A stretch of DNA of 63,998 bases, filler included, from Stramenopiles sp. TOSAG23-2 (lineage: Eukaryota): assembly GCA_900128395.1 (NCBI GenBank). It is 3 parts of 3 records of this genome, joined end to end, with 100 filler letters (N's around TTAATTAATTAA, not from the genome) between each part and the next. Parts side by side here need not be neighbours in the genome. Positions count along the whole stretch, not along the records: positions 1 to 22,726 come from LT649503.1; 2 more parts are not named here. One strand, written 5' to 3'. Shown here piece by piece: positions 1 through 14,814 of this stretch. The first letter of the stretch is position 1; every line of letters starts with the position of its first letter. A program made the position numbers and the translations under genes. The notes beneath the pieces were generated by a model. That model searched no databases. It saw only the letters and a program-made list of their open reading frames with translations, and had not been told where the DNA came from.

Positions 1-539
1 AAGCAAGCGGAAGTTACATGTTAGGACTAATGTGTGCATTATGCGCTACTATTACAAGTGGTATTGCAGGTACATTTATGGAATGGGCAATGAAAACAAC
101 GAAAAGTACTGCTTCAACTGATGTTTTACATACTTGGGAGCCAACGATGTGGACCAAAAATATTGCATTAGCATTCTTTGGCGTTGTTGGAAGTTCAATT
201 GCTATGTTAACAAAAGATCGTACGAAAATATTGGAATATGGTGTTTTTAACGACTTTAAAACATCATTATTAATTGCTATTATATTGCAAGCTGCTGGTG
301 GTTTATTAGTTGGTGCAGTATTGAAATATGCAGATAATATCATTAAAGGTTTTGTCACATCAGTTGGTGTAATCTTTGCAAGTTTAGCATCTGTTTACTT
401 ATTCAATTTTGTGATCACCACGACATTTGTGATCGGTGCAATTATTGTATTTACATCTTTACATGTATACAATTCAAAACGAAATTATTTATTGGAATAT
501 GGATTGATCACATCCGATAGCATTGCACCAAGTAAATAA
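1..539 (+). CDS. Nucleotide-sugar (UDP-Gal/CMP-Sia, SLC35A-type) transporter, 5'-truncated by the window edge
   Basis: Multi-TM ORF with the SLC35A signature GGLLVGAVLKYADNIIKGF and a W.KN..L motif; frame is open from the window start. Confidence 0.9.
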   Translation, partial: ASGSYMLGLMCALCATITSGIAGTFMEWAMKTTKSTASTDVLHTWEPTMWTKNIALAFFGVVGSSIAMLTKDRTKILEYGVFNDFKTSLLIAIILQAAGGLLVGAVLKYADNIIKGFVTSVGVIFASLASVYLFNFVITTTFVIGAIIVFTSLHVYNSKRNYLLEYGLITSDSIAPSK

Positions 540-919
540 ATGTAATATTACATTTTATATAGACCGTGTTTTAATATATCTTAGAGAGGAGAATGGGAAA
601 ATAGAGAGATGCAGCGTATATTATAAGGGGATTATAAAATTATTCTAATATTACAGTACGTATATCATATTATTTATATCCCTTTTCTTTGTTGTTGTTT
701 TTTGCATGTCGTCTTACCCAATAATTAATGTAATAATAAATAAATACAAAAGATACGTGTGTATTGTTATATCTATCTGCGAAAATATCTATACATAACT
801 AGATATAGTTTCTCCCTAATAAAAAAAGAAAGAAAAAAAAACATACTCATATATATCTTGCGAATATATATATATATATATATACATACAATACAAACAC
901 ACAATATTTTACTCTATAG

Positions 920-4690
<3,771 letters not shown>

Positions 4691-5231
4691 AAAAATATGC
4701 ATATTTATGATGTACGCGCTGTAAACTTTATTTTGTTATTAAAAAAAATATTTTTAATGAGAGATATTTGTGTAAAAAAATCGTTCTTTTTAATTAAAAA
4801 TATTACTTCGTACGAGAATTTAAAAAGTACTTTTTATAAAAATGGTTCATGTGACCATTACTTCGTACGAACTTCGTATTATTTATTATTTTATTATTTA
4901 ATTTACAACAAGAACGCGTAAAAATGCTTACATGTGTAGCGTTACCTTTAAAAATATACTTTAGTGTAAAATGAAATCTGGCCTTTTTTTTAACAGGCAA
5001 AATGTTATTTACACTTTTCAAAATGTACTTTTTCAAGGCAAAAAAAAAACGCTTGTACGCATACATATATCATACATATTTATATAATGCATTACTATTT
5101 ACCATACAGTGATTGTAACTTGTAGTATTTGAAAAAATTTCATCAACATCGTGTTTGTAAAATCAAAAAAACCAAGTCGAAAAGATGAATTTGCTTACAA
5201 CTGAGAGAATGTAATTTTAGAACCGAAAAAA

Positions 5232-8200
5232 TTATTTTTCTTTCTTACCACAATTAACTTTTGGTAAGTTCCCAAATGTACCTTCCGGGCCCATGACTAC
5301 ACACAGCGAAAGGAACAAACCTAACGAGTACATAAATGAAAACATAATTGTTACTACAATTAGCACAGCCATTTTGAAAAAAAATCCCAATTGACAGAGA
5401 AACATGAAGCTACCGGAACCTGCAGTGGTTATAGCACCTGCAATGACCGTGGAGCCCATTTTCGTTGCAGAATGTTTAAATCTTTCTTCTCTCGTTTGAT
5501 AATGATATTCGCAATGTGCAGCATCTTCATACATATGTGCTTGATGCACAACATAATCAACTGCTAGACCAACCACAATGATGCCAGCAAACGTCTCTGT
5601 GACTCCTAAATTCCAGCCCATGTATAATTTACAAAAGCCAAGCACACTCACAACAACACTTCCAACAGAGAAAATAGCATAGAAGGATAAAAGTATGTTT
5701 TGCGTAGCATAAATCAAAACCAACGCAGCAATCGGAAATGAAAATGCAAGTCCATTGAATAAACTTTGTACCAATGCCATTTCTGTAGACATAAATACCC
5801 ATCCAAAAAATGATGATTCGTGCATGATACTTTTTAATCCAGCAGGTGCATCTTTTCTAAATTCCTCAGCAATTTCATTGTATATCAAATACACTGGATG
5901 TTTGACACCTTGAGGATCAAACGGAGCAATAGTTGTTCGCAATTTTATGGATACAAACTTTAATTTACCATCGATAAAACCAATTGAATCTTTCCAAGTT
6001 TCTAAATTTGCTGCCTTTGGTTTTTCAGTTTTACGAAATAAAAGCAACCTTTCCAAGAAAACCGCTTTTGTCAAACCATATGTGGTGGCATTGCTGTAAG
6101 TGCTTAAATGCCATTCTTGAAATTCACGTATCCAACACCGTACTGATCCTGTCCTTGCAAGCATTTGCTCCGAGTTACACCCTGCAATACCATCTTTACA
6201 TTTGTACGTTTCTAAAGTTGTGCAAAAATTCAATAAATATTTCTGCGCTGCTTCTGAACTAACATCAAATTCATCATCGTAAACCGGATTGCCCCTGAAT
6301 GTGCTTAAGGTATCGTATTTATCAAATCCAGCACGATCAATATCTTTTATACCAATGACAAATCTGCCTTGTAAATACGTATTGTCCTCATCGCCGTAAA
6401 AAACTCCACGCGTTTTACCTGTCCAATCTGACATCATATGATCTTCTTTCACCCATTCTTCTTCTTCTGTAGGGGGTGTAAGCTGAGCAGTAAAAATAGT
6501 CGCCTGGATTGTATTTGCAACTAAAATTACAATAATGAAGATTGGTAAAGGTTTTAACCACTTCTTGCCCCCAACACTTTTTGTCATCAATGGAACATAA
6601 ACTTTTTCTAAACAACCACTTGCTTTTGCTTCATTATTATCACCCTTTACGGCTACTGGTGTAACTTTCTTTTTACAAAATGGGATACATTTTCCAACAT
6701 GTTTATCCATGAATGGACGAATGTATAACTCACGAATCAACAATGCTGCTGGTGTAAAGGTGATAACGTATACATAGTTCATCACAATGCATATTGCTGC
6801 AAACCATCCAAAAGTTGAAAAACCCATTAACGGACTAATACCAGTACCGACAAATGCCATTGCAGTTGTTAAAGATGTATTTAAAACAGCACGATATGTA
6901 CGATGATATGCATATCCCATGCGTTTTGTTAAATACACAGGATCAGATTCATTTCCATCTTGTGGTTTCTCTATTTCAATTTCGCTTTGCTTCCATGCAT
7001 CAACCAATACAAAGACATCGTCCGCGCCAACACCTAATATGATAAACACTGCCAAGATGTGCGTCTGTGCAAAGTATGTAATTTGAAATACATAATAATA
7101 AAAAAAGAAAGATACCGGGATACTTAGCATGATTTGAAGAATGCCAATACTTCCATAAAAAAAACTGCCCGTATGCACGGAAATGTAAAAATATACAAAT
7201 AACACTGAAAACATTACCATTGAAAAGTCATTATTTGCTGTTGCACCTGCGTCTTTATTAAATAATAAAAGGCTCATCCATTTTACATTTAAATCACCAT
7301 CATCTGTATTTAATTGACGATATGGCGATTTAAATGGAGTCGTTACTGAATTAAATCGTTCGAATAAAAATTCTTGCACGACTTTAAAAAATTTAAAAAA
7401 ATGTTCCCTTTGCTCATCAACTTTATCATTGCTATCGATAAATCCTTTTGGCGGACTGCCAAGCTGCAAAAGGGAACGGGATGAAAATGTTGCCTTTGGA
7501 TTACGTGTTAATGTTTCTTTGTCAATAAAATAACCATATAATTGCTTGCCACTCATTGGTGGTGCTACATTCATTGGAAATGTAATTTCTTTTTTTCCAG
7601 CTTGATCATATAACCATTCACGAGTAGCTTTAACTTTCCATTCATCTAATGAATCACACTTTGAAAAGTTAAAATCACCCCTAGTTATCATAGACATACT
7701 TGAAACTTTATATAATTTCGAATCGTGAGTATAGTCATAATAATAATCATTCATTGCATCGAGCATAAATTTTTGTTGTATAGCAGGTCCATTTCCACCT
7801 GACGCAAGTGATGATAATGTAGTATAATCCACAAACGTTGCACCATAAAAGATATGCGCAACAGACAGGGCAGGTGCCATGCAGCTTGCGCAAGTGGTAT
7901 TTTTACATCCCGTTGGATATGTCAAAGTGCAATAATCATCATAATCTTTATGATTGTAGAATTGTTGCTCATACGTACAAATTTGCTTTAAATTTTTCGC
8001 AGTAAATATATCCTGATCAGTTTTAATTGATTTGTATAAAAATTGCATAAAACCATAATTTAAATCTCCAGAACTACGTTCCAATGGTTTGTCAGAACCA
8101 GTTAGAGAATCTAGCTTTTTATCTGCAGCTGATATAGCATCGAAATTTTCCACTGCTGGATGGTCCGCTGGTGTAAAATCATAATTCGGGCCAACATTTT

Positions 8201-8504
8201 CTGCGATCTGCATTTTGGCTCCACCAATTGCTGTAAGTACAAAAGTAAGTAACAAACCAAGCCAAAATATTTTGCAATGATGTGTTACTAAATTGCGAGA
8301 AATAGTTGCGCAATGGGTACCGCTTGAATTTTCATCGGAGCTAACACCTTTTTCCATTTCCATAGGATTAACATTATTCATGTCAACATTAGCAGTATCT
8401 AGCTTATAATTTTTTTCATTAGTATTACTAGGTCTTTCTGGTAATTTATAATTTTTTGCTTCATTTTGCGCCGCTTCCACATCTTCTTTTTTATTTACTT
8501 CCAT
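5232..8504 (-). CDS. Dispatched/Patched-family RND membrane protein with sterol-sensing domain
   Basis: 12-TM RND layout with two large luminal loops; GVGADDVFV and GLAVDYVVH motifs; first ATG at 8504 (ORF track starts at TTG 8555). Confidence 0.9.
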   Translation of the reverse strand: MEVNKKEDVEAAQNEAKNYKLPERPSNTNEKNYKLDTANVDMNNVNPMEMEKGVSSDENSSGTHCATISRNLVTHHCKIFWLGLLLTFVLTAIGGAKMQIAENVGPNYDFTPADHPAVENFDAISAADKKLDSLTGSDKPLERSSGDLNYGFMQFLYKSIKTDQDIFTAKNLKQICTYEQQFYNHKDYDDYCTLTYPTGCKNTTCASCMAPALSVAHIFYGATFVDYTTLSSLASGGNGPAIQQKFMLDAMNDYYYDYTHDSKLYKVSSMSMITRGDFNFSKCDSLDEWKVKATREWLYDQAGKKEITFPMNVAPPMSGKQLYGYFIDKETLTRNPKATFSSRSLLQLGSPPKGFIDSNDKVDEQREHFFKFFKVVQEFLFERFNSVTTPFKSPYRQLNTDDGDLNVKWMSLLLFNKDAGATANNDFSMVMFSVLFVYFYISVHTGSFFYGSIGILQIMLSIPVSFFFYYYVFQITYFAQTHILAVFIILGVGADDVFVLVDAWKQSEIEIEKPQDGNESDPVYLTKRMGYAYHRTYRAVLNTSLTTAMAFVGTGISPLMGFSTFGWFAAICIVMNYVYVITFTPAALLIRELYIRPFMDKHVGKCIPFCKKKVTPVAVKGDNNEAKASGCLEKVYVPLMTKSVGGKKWLKPLPIFIIVILVANTIQATIFTAQLTPPTEEEEWVKEDHMMSDWTGKTRGVFYGDEDNTYLQGRFVIGIKDIDRAGFDKYDTLSTFRGNPVYDDEFDVSSEAAQKYLLNFCTTLETYKCKDGIAGCNSEQMLARTGSVRCWIREFQEWHLSTYSNATTYGLTKAVFLERLLLFRKTEKPKAANLETWKDSIGFIDGKLKFVSIKLRTTIAPFDPQGVKHPVYLIYNEIAEEFRKDAPAGLKSIMHESSFFGWVFMSTEMALVQSLFNGLAFSFPIAALVLIYATQNILLSFYAIFSVGSVVVSVLGFCKLYMGWNLGVTETFAGIIVVGLAVDYVVHQAHMYEDAAHCEYHYQTREERFKHSATKMGSTVIAGAITTAGSGSFMFLCQLGFFFKMAVLIVVTIMFSFMYSLGLFLSLCVVMGPEGTFGNLPKVNCGKKEK

Positions 8505-9559
8505 CTTCTTCTCGTCTTTTGAAAAAACAGCAATAAAAAGTATTTCGTCAAACAATGTTATTGATCTCTTGTCTTTTTGTAGTCTTTCTCTTTTTTTTAC
8601 AAATAAAACTTCTTTTTCCTTTCCCTTGACGTCTACACTAGATAAAGTTTTTTTGAAAACTCGATTCTAAACCACAGGTTAACGTTCGATTTGTACCACA
8701 AAAAAGGCCCGGAAGCGTAAAAAAAATGTAATTTAACACTTCCAGAGAAAATCATATTATAATGCTATTTACCTGTAATATTCTTATGATAAAAAGAAAA
8801 AATAATTTACAGTATGTTTTTGTGTGCGTGTTCTTTTTCCGATTCTAGTTTTCGAGATTCGGAATTCGTCGGGTATTAAAATTTACAATTACAGTTGTAA
8901 TCTATATGAAATATCCGATATATATGTATTTTAAAAAAACTATATTACAATCTAAATCTAAATCATTTGTATCACAATCAGACTCTCTGACACAATCTAA
9001 ATCTATAAATCCCCTTTTTACACCAGTAGTGGTATGCTACCTGGTATGAAGTTTAGAGGGCATTATCAAGAATTTTAACTTTGAGAGTATCTTTTGTTGC
9101 TTTTTTTATTTGTAAAATACATTATCCCTTAGCTTGTAGCATGTTAGGTATGGTAGTATCCCTCACGGTTTACACAAGGTTATGCATCTTACGTTATAAG
9201 AAACAATCTATGTCTTACAGGGGTGGAGGAATCAATGTTATTTCTATCGTAAGAACATCAAAAATGATAAATAACAACCATTTATTTTCATTTCATATTT
9301 AGTAATATTTTGTTTAATACAATTGGAATTTTATGTTGTAAAAAATAATTATTATTTTTTAAGGAATTTTAAATCGATGAAATGTTTGCATCAAGAAAAA
9401 GATACATACACGCGGTTACGGTTCGTTTTAAAAAAATAAATTTATAGTAATAAACAATATATTTATTATATAGATGTAAATTTTTGTCTGCCCTGTCTAG
9501 TTTTGTAGGATACGATATAAACAAATGAAACAGAAGGACAAGAAAAAATATTTATCTAG

Positions 9560-10123
9560 ATGAATCAAATAATAAAACGATTTTTAAGTACGTCGCGGCA
9601 ATACCCTGCCCATCCGTTGGTTGGTGTCTCTTGTGTCATTTTTAAAGAACCTGATTATAAAAAAGTGGTATTAATTGAAAGAGGAAAACCTCCAAAATTA
9701 GGTGAATGGAGTTTTCCGGGTGGTTTGGTGAATGCTGGGGAAACCATTGAAGAAGCAGCAAGACGTGAAGTTTTTGAAGAAGTGGGATTAACAGATATCA
9801 ATATTATTCATGCTGCTAGTAATAATATGGATAATAATACTGATACTGATTTTACTCAATTTTTGTCCCCAGCATTCACAACGACTGAGCATATTTATTT
9901 TGATGAAAATAAAAAATGTCAATATCATTATTTTTTAGCCCAAGTATTAGCAACTACAAATGCAGAAGAACATACATTAAAAGCAGATGATGATGTAAAT
10001 AATTCCAACTTTTTCCAAGTCAACGATGTAATAAATAAAAATATTGGCAATGATAAAATATTAGTAGATAGGGTACCATATGTCATGTCAAAAGCAGCAA
10101 TGGAGATCTCAAAGATTAAATAA
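9560..10123 (+). CDS. Nudix hydrolase (ADP-ribose pyrophosphatase-like), possible mitochondrial presequence
   Basis: Nudix box [25 protein letters not shown]-terminus [15 protein letters not shown]. Confidence 0.9.
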   Translation: MNQIIKRFLSTSRQYPAHPLVGVSCVIFKEPDYKKVVLIERGKPPKLGEWSFPGGLVNAGETIEEAARREVFEEVGLTDINIIHAASNNMDNNTDTDFTQFLSPAFTTTEHIYFDENKKCQYHYFLAQVLATTNAEEHTLKADDDVNNSNFFQVNDVINKNIGNDKILVDRVPYVMSKAAMEISKIK

Positions 10124-10785
10124 CAACACGTATGATATATATATAGTTTTGTTAAATATGGCAACAACAACATAATATTTTTATGATATGCAGTTGCATA
10201 TATATGTGAATTCATAATTAATAAATCGAAAAAACAGATTTCATATTTTAATATAATAATTTATGAGATAGTGAGAGAGTGAAAAAAATATTTAATAAGT
10301 AAGATGCGTTGGGTTTGTAAAAAGTTTTTTTCTTTTTTGGGAGAGATGATTCATCTCGATCTTTGTGTAACTATATAGAATGTTTTGTGGGTATAATGAG
10401 ATTTTTTTACTCGCGGATGGGATATCTTTTCACAAATTACAAATTCGATACATTTAAGGTTTTTAATAGATTTGTGTACTTCGTGTACCTATTTAGTATA
10501 TTATAAATAATACTTAATCTTATTTAATAAGGTCACACCATCAGGAATATTATCAGTTTTTTGCCGTTTTTTGGTATGTGAAAAGTATATATTTATAAAA
10601 ATGACCTCGAAAATCCAAAAAGAAACATAGATGACGGACAATAGAAAAGAAACTATATTTGCTTTCATCTCACTGTATAGATTGTTACTTTCCATAAAAG
10701 ATAATAATTAATTTGCATTAATACTATTTAAAATTCATAAACACTTTATAAAATTATATTTAAGAAAACATCGAATAGAAAGAAA

Positions 10786-12129
10786 ATGGCAGAAATGACA
10801 GAACATGATATGAATAATATAAATAAATTAGATAATTTACTTACTGGTTTTGAGCAAGATTCTGTTGATTTAATTTGGAAGAAATTGGATGGAGTCGATG
10901 ATGACTTGGTGGACTTCACTAACTGGAGAGTAAAAGTCGGTTCTAATGTTTACGCTGTACATAAAGCAATAATCGGAGATGGAAAGCGACAATCTAAATT
11001 TTTCAATACTCTATTTAAAAGATGGGATAATAATAGTAAGAGATTAACAGATTTATCAAAGATGCTTCCTAAATTATGTAGGAATCATTTTGAGGAAATA
11101 TTAACATACTTTTATTATACTGGTGAAAAAAAGTTGCACCTTTCTGGAAAGAATGTTGTTTCGTATTTTAAGATTGCTCATATTTTACAAATGACACATC
11201 TAGCAAAATTATGTGTTAATTGGATGAAGCAAAGTTTTCCTAAAATACGCAAAACAGCTATCCCAATGCTACAGCAAGCTGTAATACTTTCTCCAGGTGA
11301 GTTGCTTGATTCAATTAAGAAAAATTGCATAGATGTTTGTGCAAAAAAATTTAATAAATCTCAAGCAGAAGATTTTTTAATACTTGATGCCCCATCATTA
11401 GGAACGATTTTAGACGAAGCAAAAACAAAATATGGTGCAGAAGATCGTAAAATATGCCATGCAGTCACTGTATATGTACGTAATATTGTTGGTAATGATC
11501 AAACTGCTGTGTTTTTAGAGTTGTCAAAACACATTTTTAGTATTCCAAAAACTGCAGCAAAAGATGCAATGTATTTACTCAGTAAATCAATTCAATACGA
11601 CGTTGATCGTATAAAGAAACTTTGTATTACTGTAGTTGCAGAAAATTTTAAAGATGTAAATCATGAAGATTTGATTAGAATATCTGATCATAAAACTATA
11701 TGTGATATATTAGATCAAAACAATCTTCGTGTTAATAGTGAAGATCAAGTTTTCGATGCTATATATAACTATTGCAAGTTGAAAAAAGATAGTTTAACTA
11801 AAGTACAGATGGAAAATATATGGTGTCGATGTCGATTTTTATATTTATCTCCAAAATGTACAGAGAAAATGCTTAGTTTGAACATTGAGGAAATACCTTG
11901 TCGTTCTCTTCAATTGGCCTTTGCCGGTAGAAATATTCAAGATCGTACTTCTAGAAATTTTAAAGACTTTGTTGAAAATCAAAACTTATTGGAAGGACAA
12001 CGCTTGACTCGTAGGATATGCAATATAAATGAAGATAAAGGAGGATGGTTAAAATCTAAAAAACTTGTCGATGAGTATCTTATGGCAATGGCTATGCAAA
12101 AAATGTGTATACAGCAGCAGAGAGAATAA
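10786..12129 (+). CDS. BTB/POZ-BACK domain protein
   Basis: YAVHKAII...SKFFNTLF, FEEILTYFY, and BACK motif LRVNSEDQVFDAIYNY...RCRFLYLS. Confidence 0.85.
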   Translation: MAEMTEHDMNNINKLDNLLTGFEQDSVDLIWKKLDGVDDDLVDFTNWRVKVGSNVYAVHKAIIGDGKRQSKFFNTLFKRWDNNSKRLTDLSKMLPKLCRNHFEEILTYFYYTGEKKLHLSGKNVVSYFKIAHILQMTHLAKLCVNWMKQSFPKIRKTAIPMLQQAVILSPGELLDSIKKNCIDVCAKKFNKSQAEDFLILDAPSLGTILDEAKTKYGAEDRKICHAVTVYVRNIVGNDQTAVFLELSKHIFSIPKTAAKDAMYLLSKSIQYDVDRIKKLCITVVAENFKDVNHEDLIRISDHKTICDILDQNNLRVNSEDQVFDAIYNYCKLKKDSLTKVQMENIWCRCRFLYLSPKCTEKMLSLNIEEIPCRSLQLAFAGRNIQDRTSRNFKDFVENQNLLEGQRLTRRICNINEDKGGWLKSKKLVDEYLMAMAMQKMCIQQQRE

Positions 12130-12381
12130 ATATTATGTTTAATACGTGTTTGTAAAAATGGTTAAATATACCAACAAAACTTAAAATAATTAACGGTCTT
12201 ATATTTTTAATACGAAGTCGTAGTGTAATCATATTATAATATGATATAATCGTTGTTTATGATTTTGGCCCCCAACCACCAACGCTTTCATCGCCTTCAT
12301 TTTCATCACTTTGGTCTTGGTTGTATTTCGCAATATGGCCACGTAAACGTTTATGTTTAGGACCATTGCTTTCTTTCTTGT

Positions 12382-13779
12382 TCATGTACTCTTCCCTCCT
12401 GGACTCATTATACTAAATCTTGGATGTCGTTTATATATCATTTCTACTGATTTACTAACTTTTTTCTTTGGTTTCTGATCTTTTTTATTACCTTCCTTTT
12501 CTAAATATATCACTATATTTGAATCTTTCACCAATTTTACTATAAGAATAAACGTTAAAAAATTAAGACCAACAGTAGTATATAAAAATATCTGCAACAA
12601 TAATCTAGATTGTGAGTATGACATAATTTCCAAATTAAAACCATCCAATGTAAAAATGAATCCTAAACGCAATATTGTTACGACTGTTAAAGTGAATTCT
12701 GATGTTGAAATATTTACGGAAAGGATATCTTCAATTGATAATCGACATATTCGAAGTAATACTTGTGATGTTATAACTAGTAAAGACCATTCTAATATTT
12801 GCCATGTCGATAAAATGAATTTAATTGCATTGGCAGCAAAATCTTTTATACCATCTTCTAACATAATTTCTTGTGCTGTTTGTGGTAAATCAGGAAAATA
12901 TCGATCGAATTGCGACGATGGTTCTGTACAATTCACCCATAAACCTTTCGTAATACTACCGGTTTGACTTTGCGTGTTATCAAAATATGCACCGGGTACA
13001 TATGGACATAAATCATCAAGAATTAATTTCTCTGAAATGATGCATGAAATTCCTGTCATACAAAAGTAACAAACGATAGGCAATCCTGCAATTATTTTTG
13101 AGCTTAAACGAGCAGATACACCATGTAAATCTTTGGAATAATTATATCTTAACGCATTAGCCATTGATGGTAACAACCAATATAAAAATGCCGGTACCCC
13201 CAACGTGATTAAGGCCTGAACTATTAAAACGATCCATTCGCCTTTTGAAGAATAATTTATAATAATAATAGTAATTAAATTGATAAATGGAATTGGAATA
13301 CCAACCATTAGTTGCCATGGATTTCGTTGCAATGGCAACGTCGCTGCCCACAATAAAAGCAATAAATAGACATTAAAACCTTCGGAGACATATTCATACA
13401 TTCTGCCATTTGTATATATTGTAGCTAGAAATGAAACAATTGTTATGAAAATCATAAAAAATATAATAACATTCGCAAATAATTTCTTTTTCTTCTGTCT
13501 TGCTAATTCTGCTGTATTTTTCCATTTCAATGAACCTTTACCTTTATTCCAAAATTTTTGAATACGAAGTGCTGCTTTATTTTCTTTCATTACCAATGTT
13601 GGACTTTTTTGTCGATTTTGCTTTTTTCTTTTCTTATTAAAACTCCAGCTATTACGATTCTTTCCCATTGTTGCTGGTGTTGACGTGGTATTATTGTTAT
13701 GAGTAGTATTAATCTGTGAGGAGGATAAGGAAGTGGATAATAATAATTTACTATCATTTTGATACGTATTTGTTGCCAT
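12382..13779 (-). CDS. Uncharacterised multi-pass membrane protein with an IQ-like motif
   Basis: 465 aa; AALRIQKFWN IQ-like motif followed by about 8 hydrophobic segments. Confidence 0.7.
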   Translation of the reverse strand: MATNTYQNDSKLLLSTSLSSSQINTTHNNNTTSTPATMGKNRNSWSFNKKRKKQNRQKSPTLVMKENKAALRIQKFWNKGKGSLKWKNTAELARQKKKKLFANVIIFFMIFITIVSFLATIYTNGRMYEYVSEGFNVYLLLLLWAATLPLQRNPWQLMVGIPIPFINLITIIIINYSSKGEWIVLIVQALITLGVPAFLYWLLPSMANALRYNYSKDLHGVSARLSSKIIAGLPIVCYFCMTGISCIISEKLILDDLCPYVPGAYFDNTQSQTGSITKGLWVNCTEPSSQFDRYFPDLPQTAQEIMLEDGIKDFAANAIKFILSTWQILEWSLLVITSQVLLRICRLSIEDILSVNISTSEFTLTVVTILRLGFIFTLDGFNLEIMSYSQSRLLLQIFLYTTVGLNFLTFILIVKLVKDSNIVIYLEKEGNKKDQKPKKKVSKSVEMIYKRHPRFSIMSPGGKST

Positions 13780-14814
13780 GTCTTTATATATAAGATATTA
13801 TTATTATTATGATTATATTTATATATATATTATATATAAGTACTACAAATATAAGCAAGCAATTGATGGTTATCAATGTTATAGCTCTTGTTTGCCCGGC
13901 TGGGTGTTGATTGATATTTTGTATTATATCAATATTATATATAGGGATATATACATTTATTGATTTGTATTTATGTAAATACATACAGGTAAAATAAAAT
14001 ACATATATATATAATTCTAAATTCTAAGGAATGATGGTGTCCTAAAATATCATAAATAATTTCAATATAAATTCATAAAATATCCGCAAATAAAAAACAT
14101 ATTTAGAGGATTTTAGGAATTTATATACTTTCAGTATGTCTAGTATATTTTATGCTATTTAGATTATTAAATTCTTCAAATAGAATGTACTTATGTGCTT
14201 ATAGGGTTTCATAAATGGCCAAATAATGGGCACGAGATAGCATCACACAGCACTCACTACAATTTGCTAGCACCATTAGTAATGCTATTCCATGCTAAGT
14301 TCAAAATTGGCCGTTGCAGGCACACAGCATGGGCTAAAAAACATCAATAAATTATATCGATACACTATAGGAAAATGGGTCTCACTATTTCCATTAGCAT
14401 GACATAGCATAATCCAATTCGACGCAGACTTACCTCTCGTACTCTCGTAAATGTGATCGAGTGAAAATCGATGCATATTCTAATTTCCGCTATATCAAGT
14501 ATAAATTATTGTAGTTCTACGTAGTCATTTGATAGGTGAATCTACTCAGGAAAAAACCTTAACGAGCAAATCCACTACGCACCTTGCACCTCAATCGGAG
14601 CGTAGCGTATTAAGGTGAATCGATGAGGACAATCACCAACAATTTTTCAAAAAAAAAAACACAAATATTTATTCAAACATAGATATACCTCACCACTTAC
14701 TATAAACAAAATAGTAGTTCCAAGAAATAACAGTACAATACATTCAAAATGCTGATATAGTTAACATATATATATACATATATATATAGATATACGTATT
14801 TATATTTTTTTTTT

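Noticed and set aside
12230-12384. Selenocysteine or readthrough at the TGA of the 465-aa ORF
   Set aside because: The in-frame continuation looks like a shadow of the better overlapping frame, and no SECIS-like element was seen
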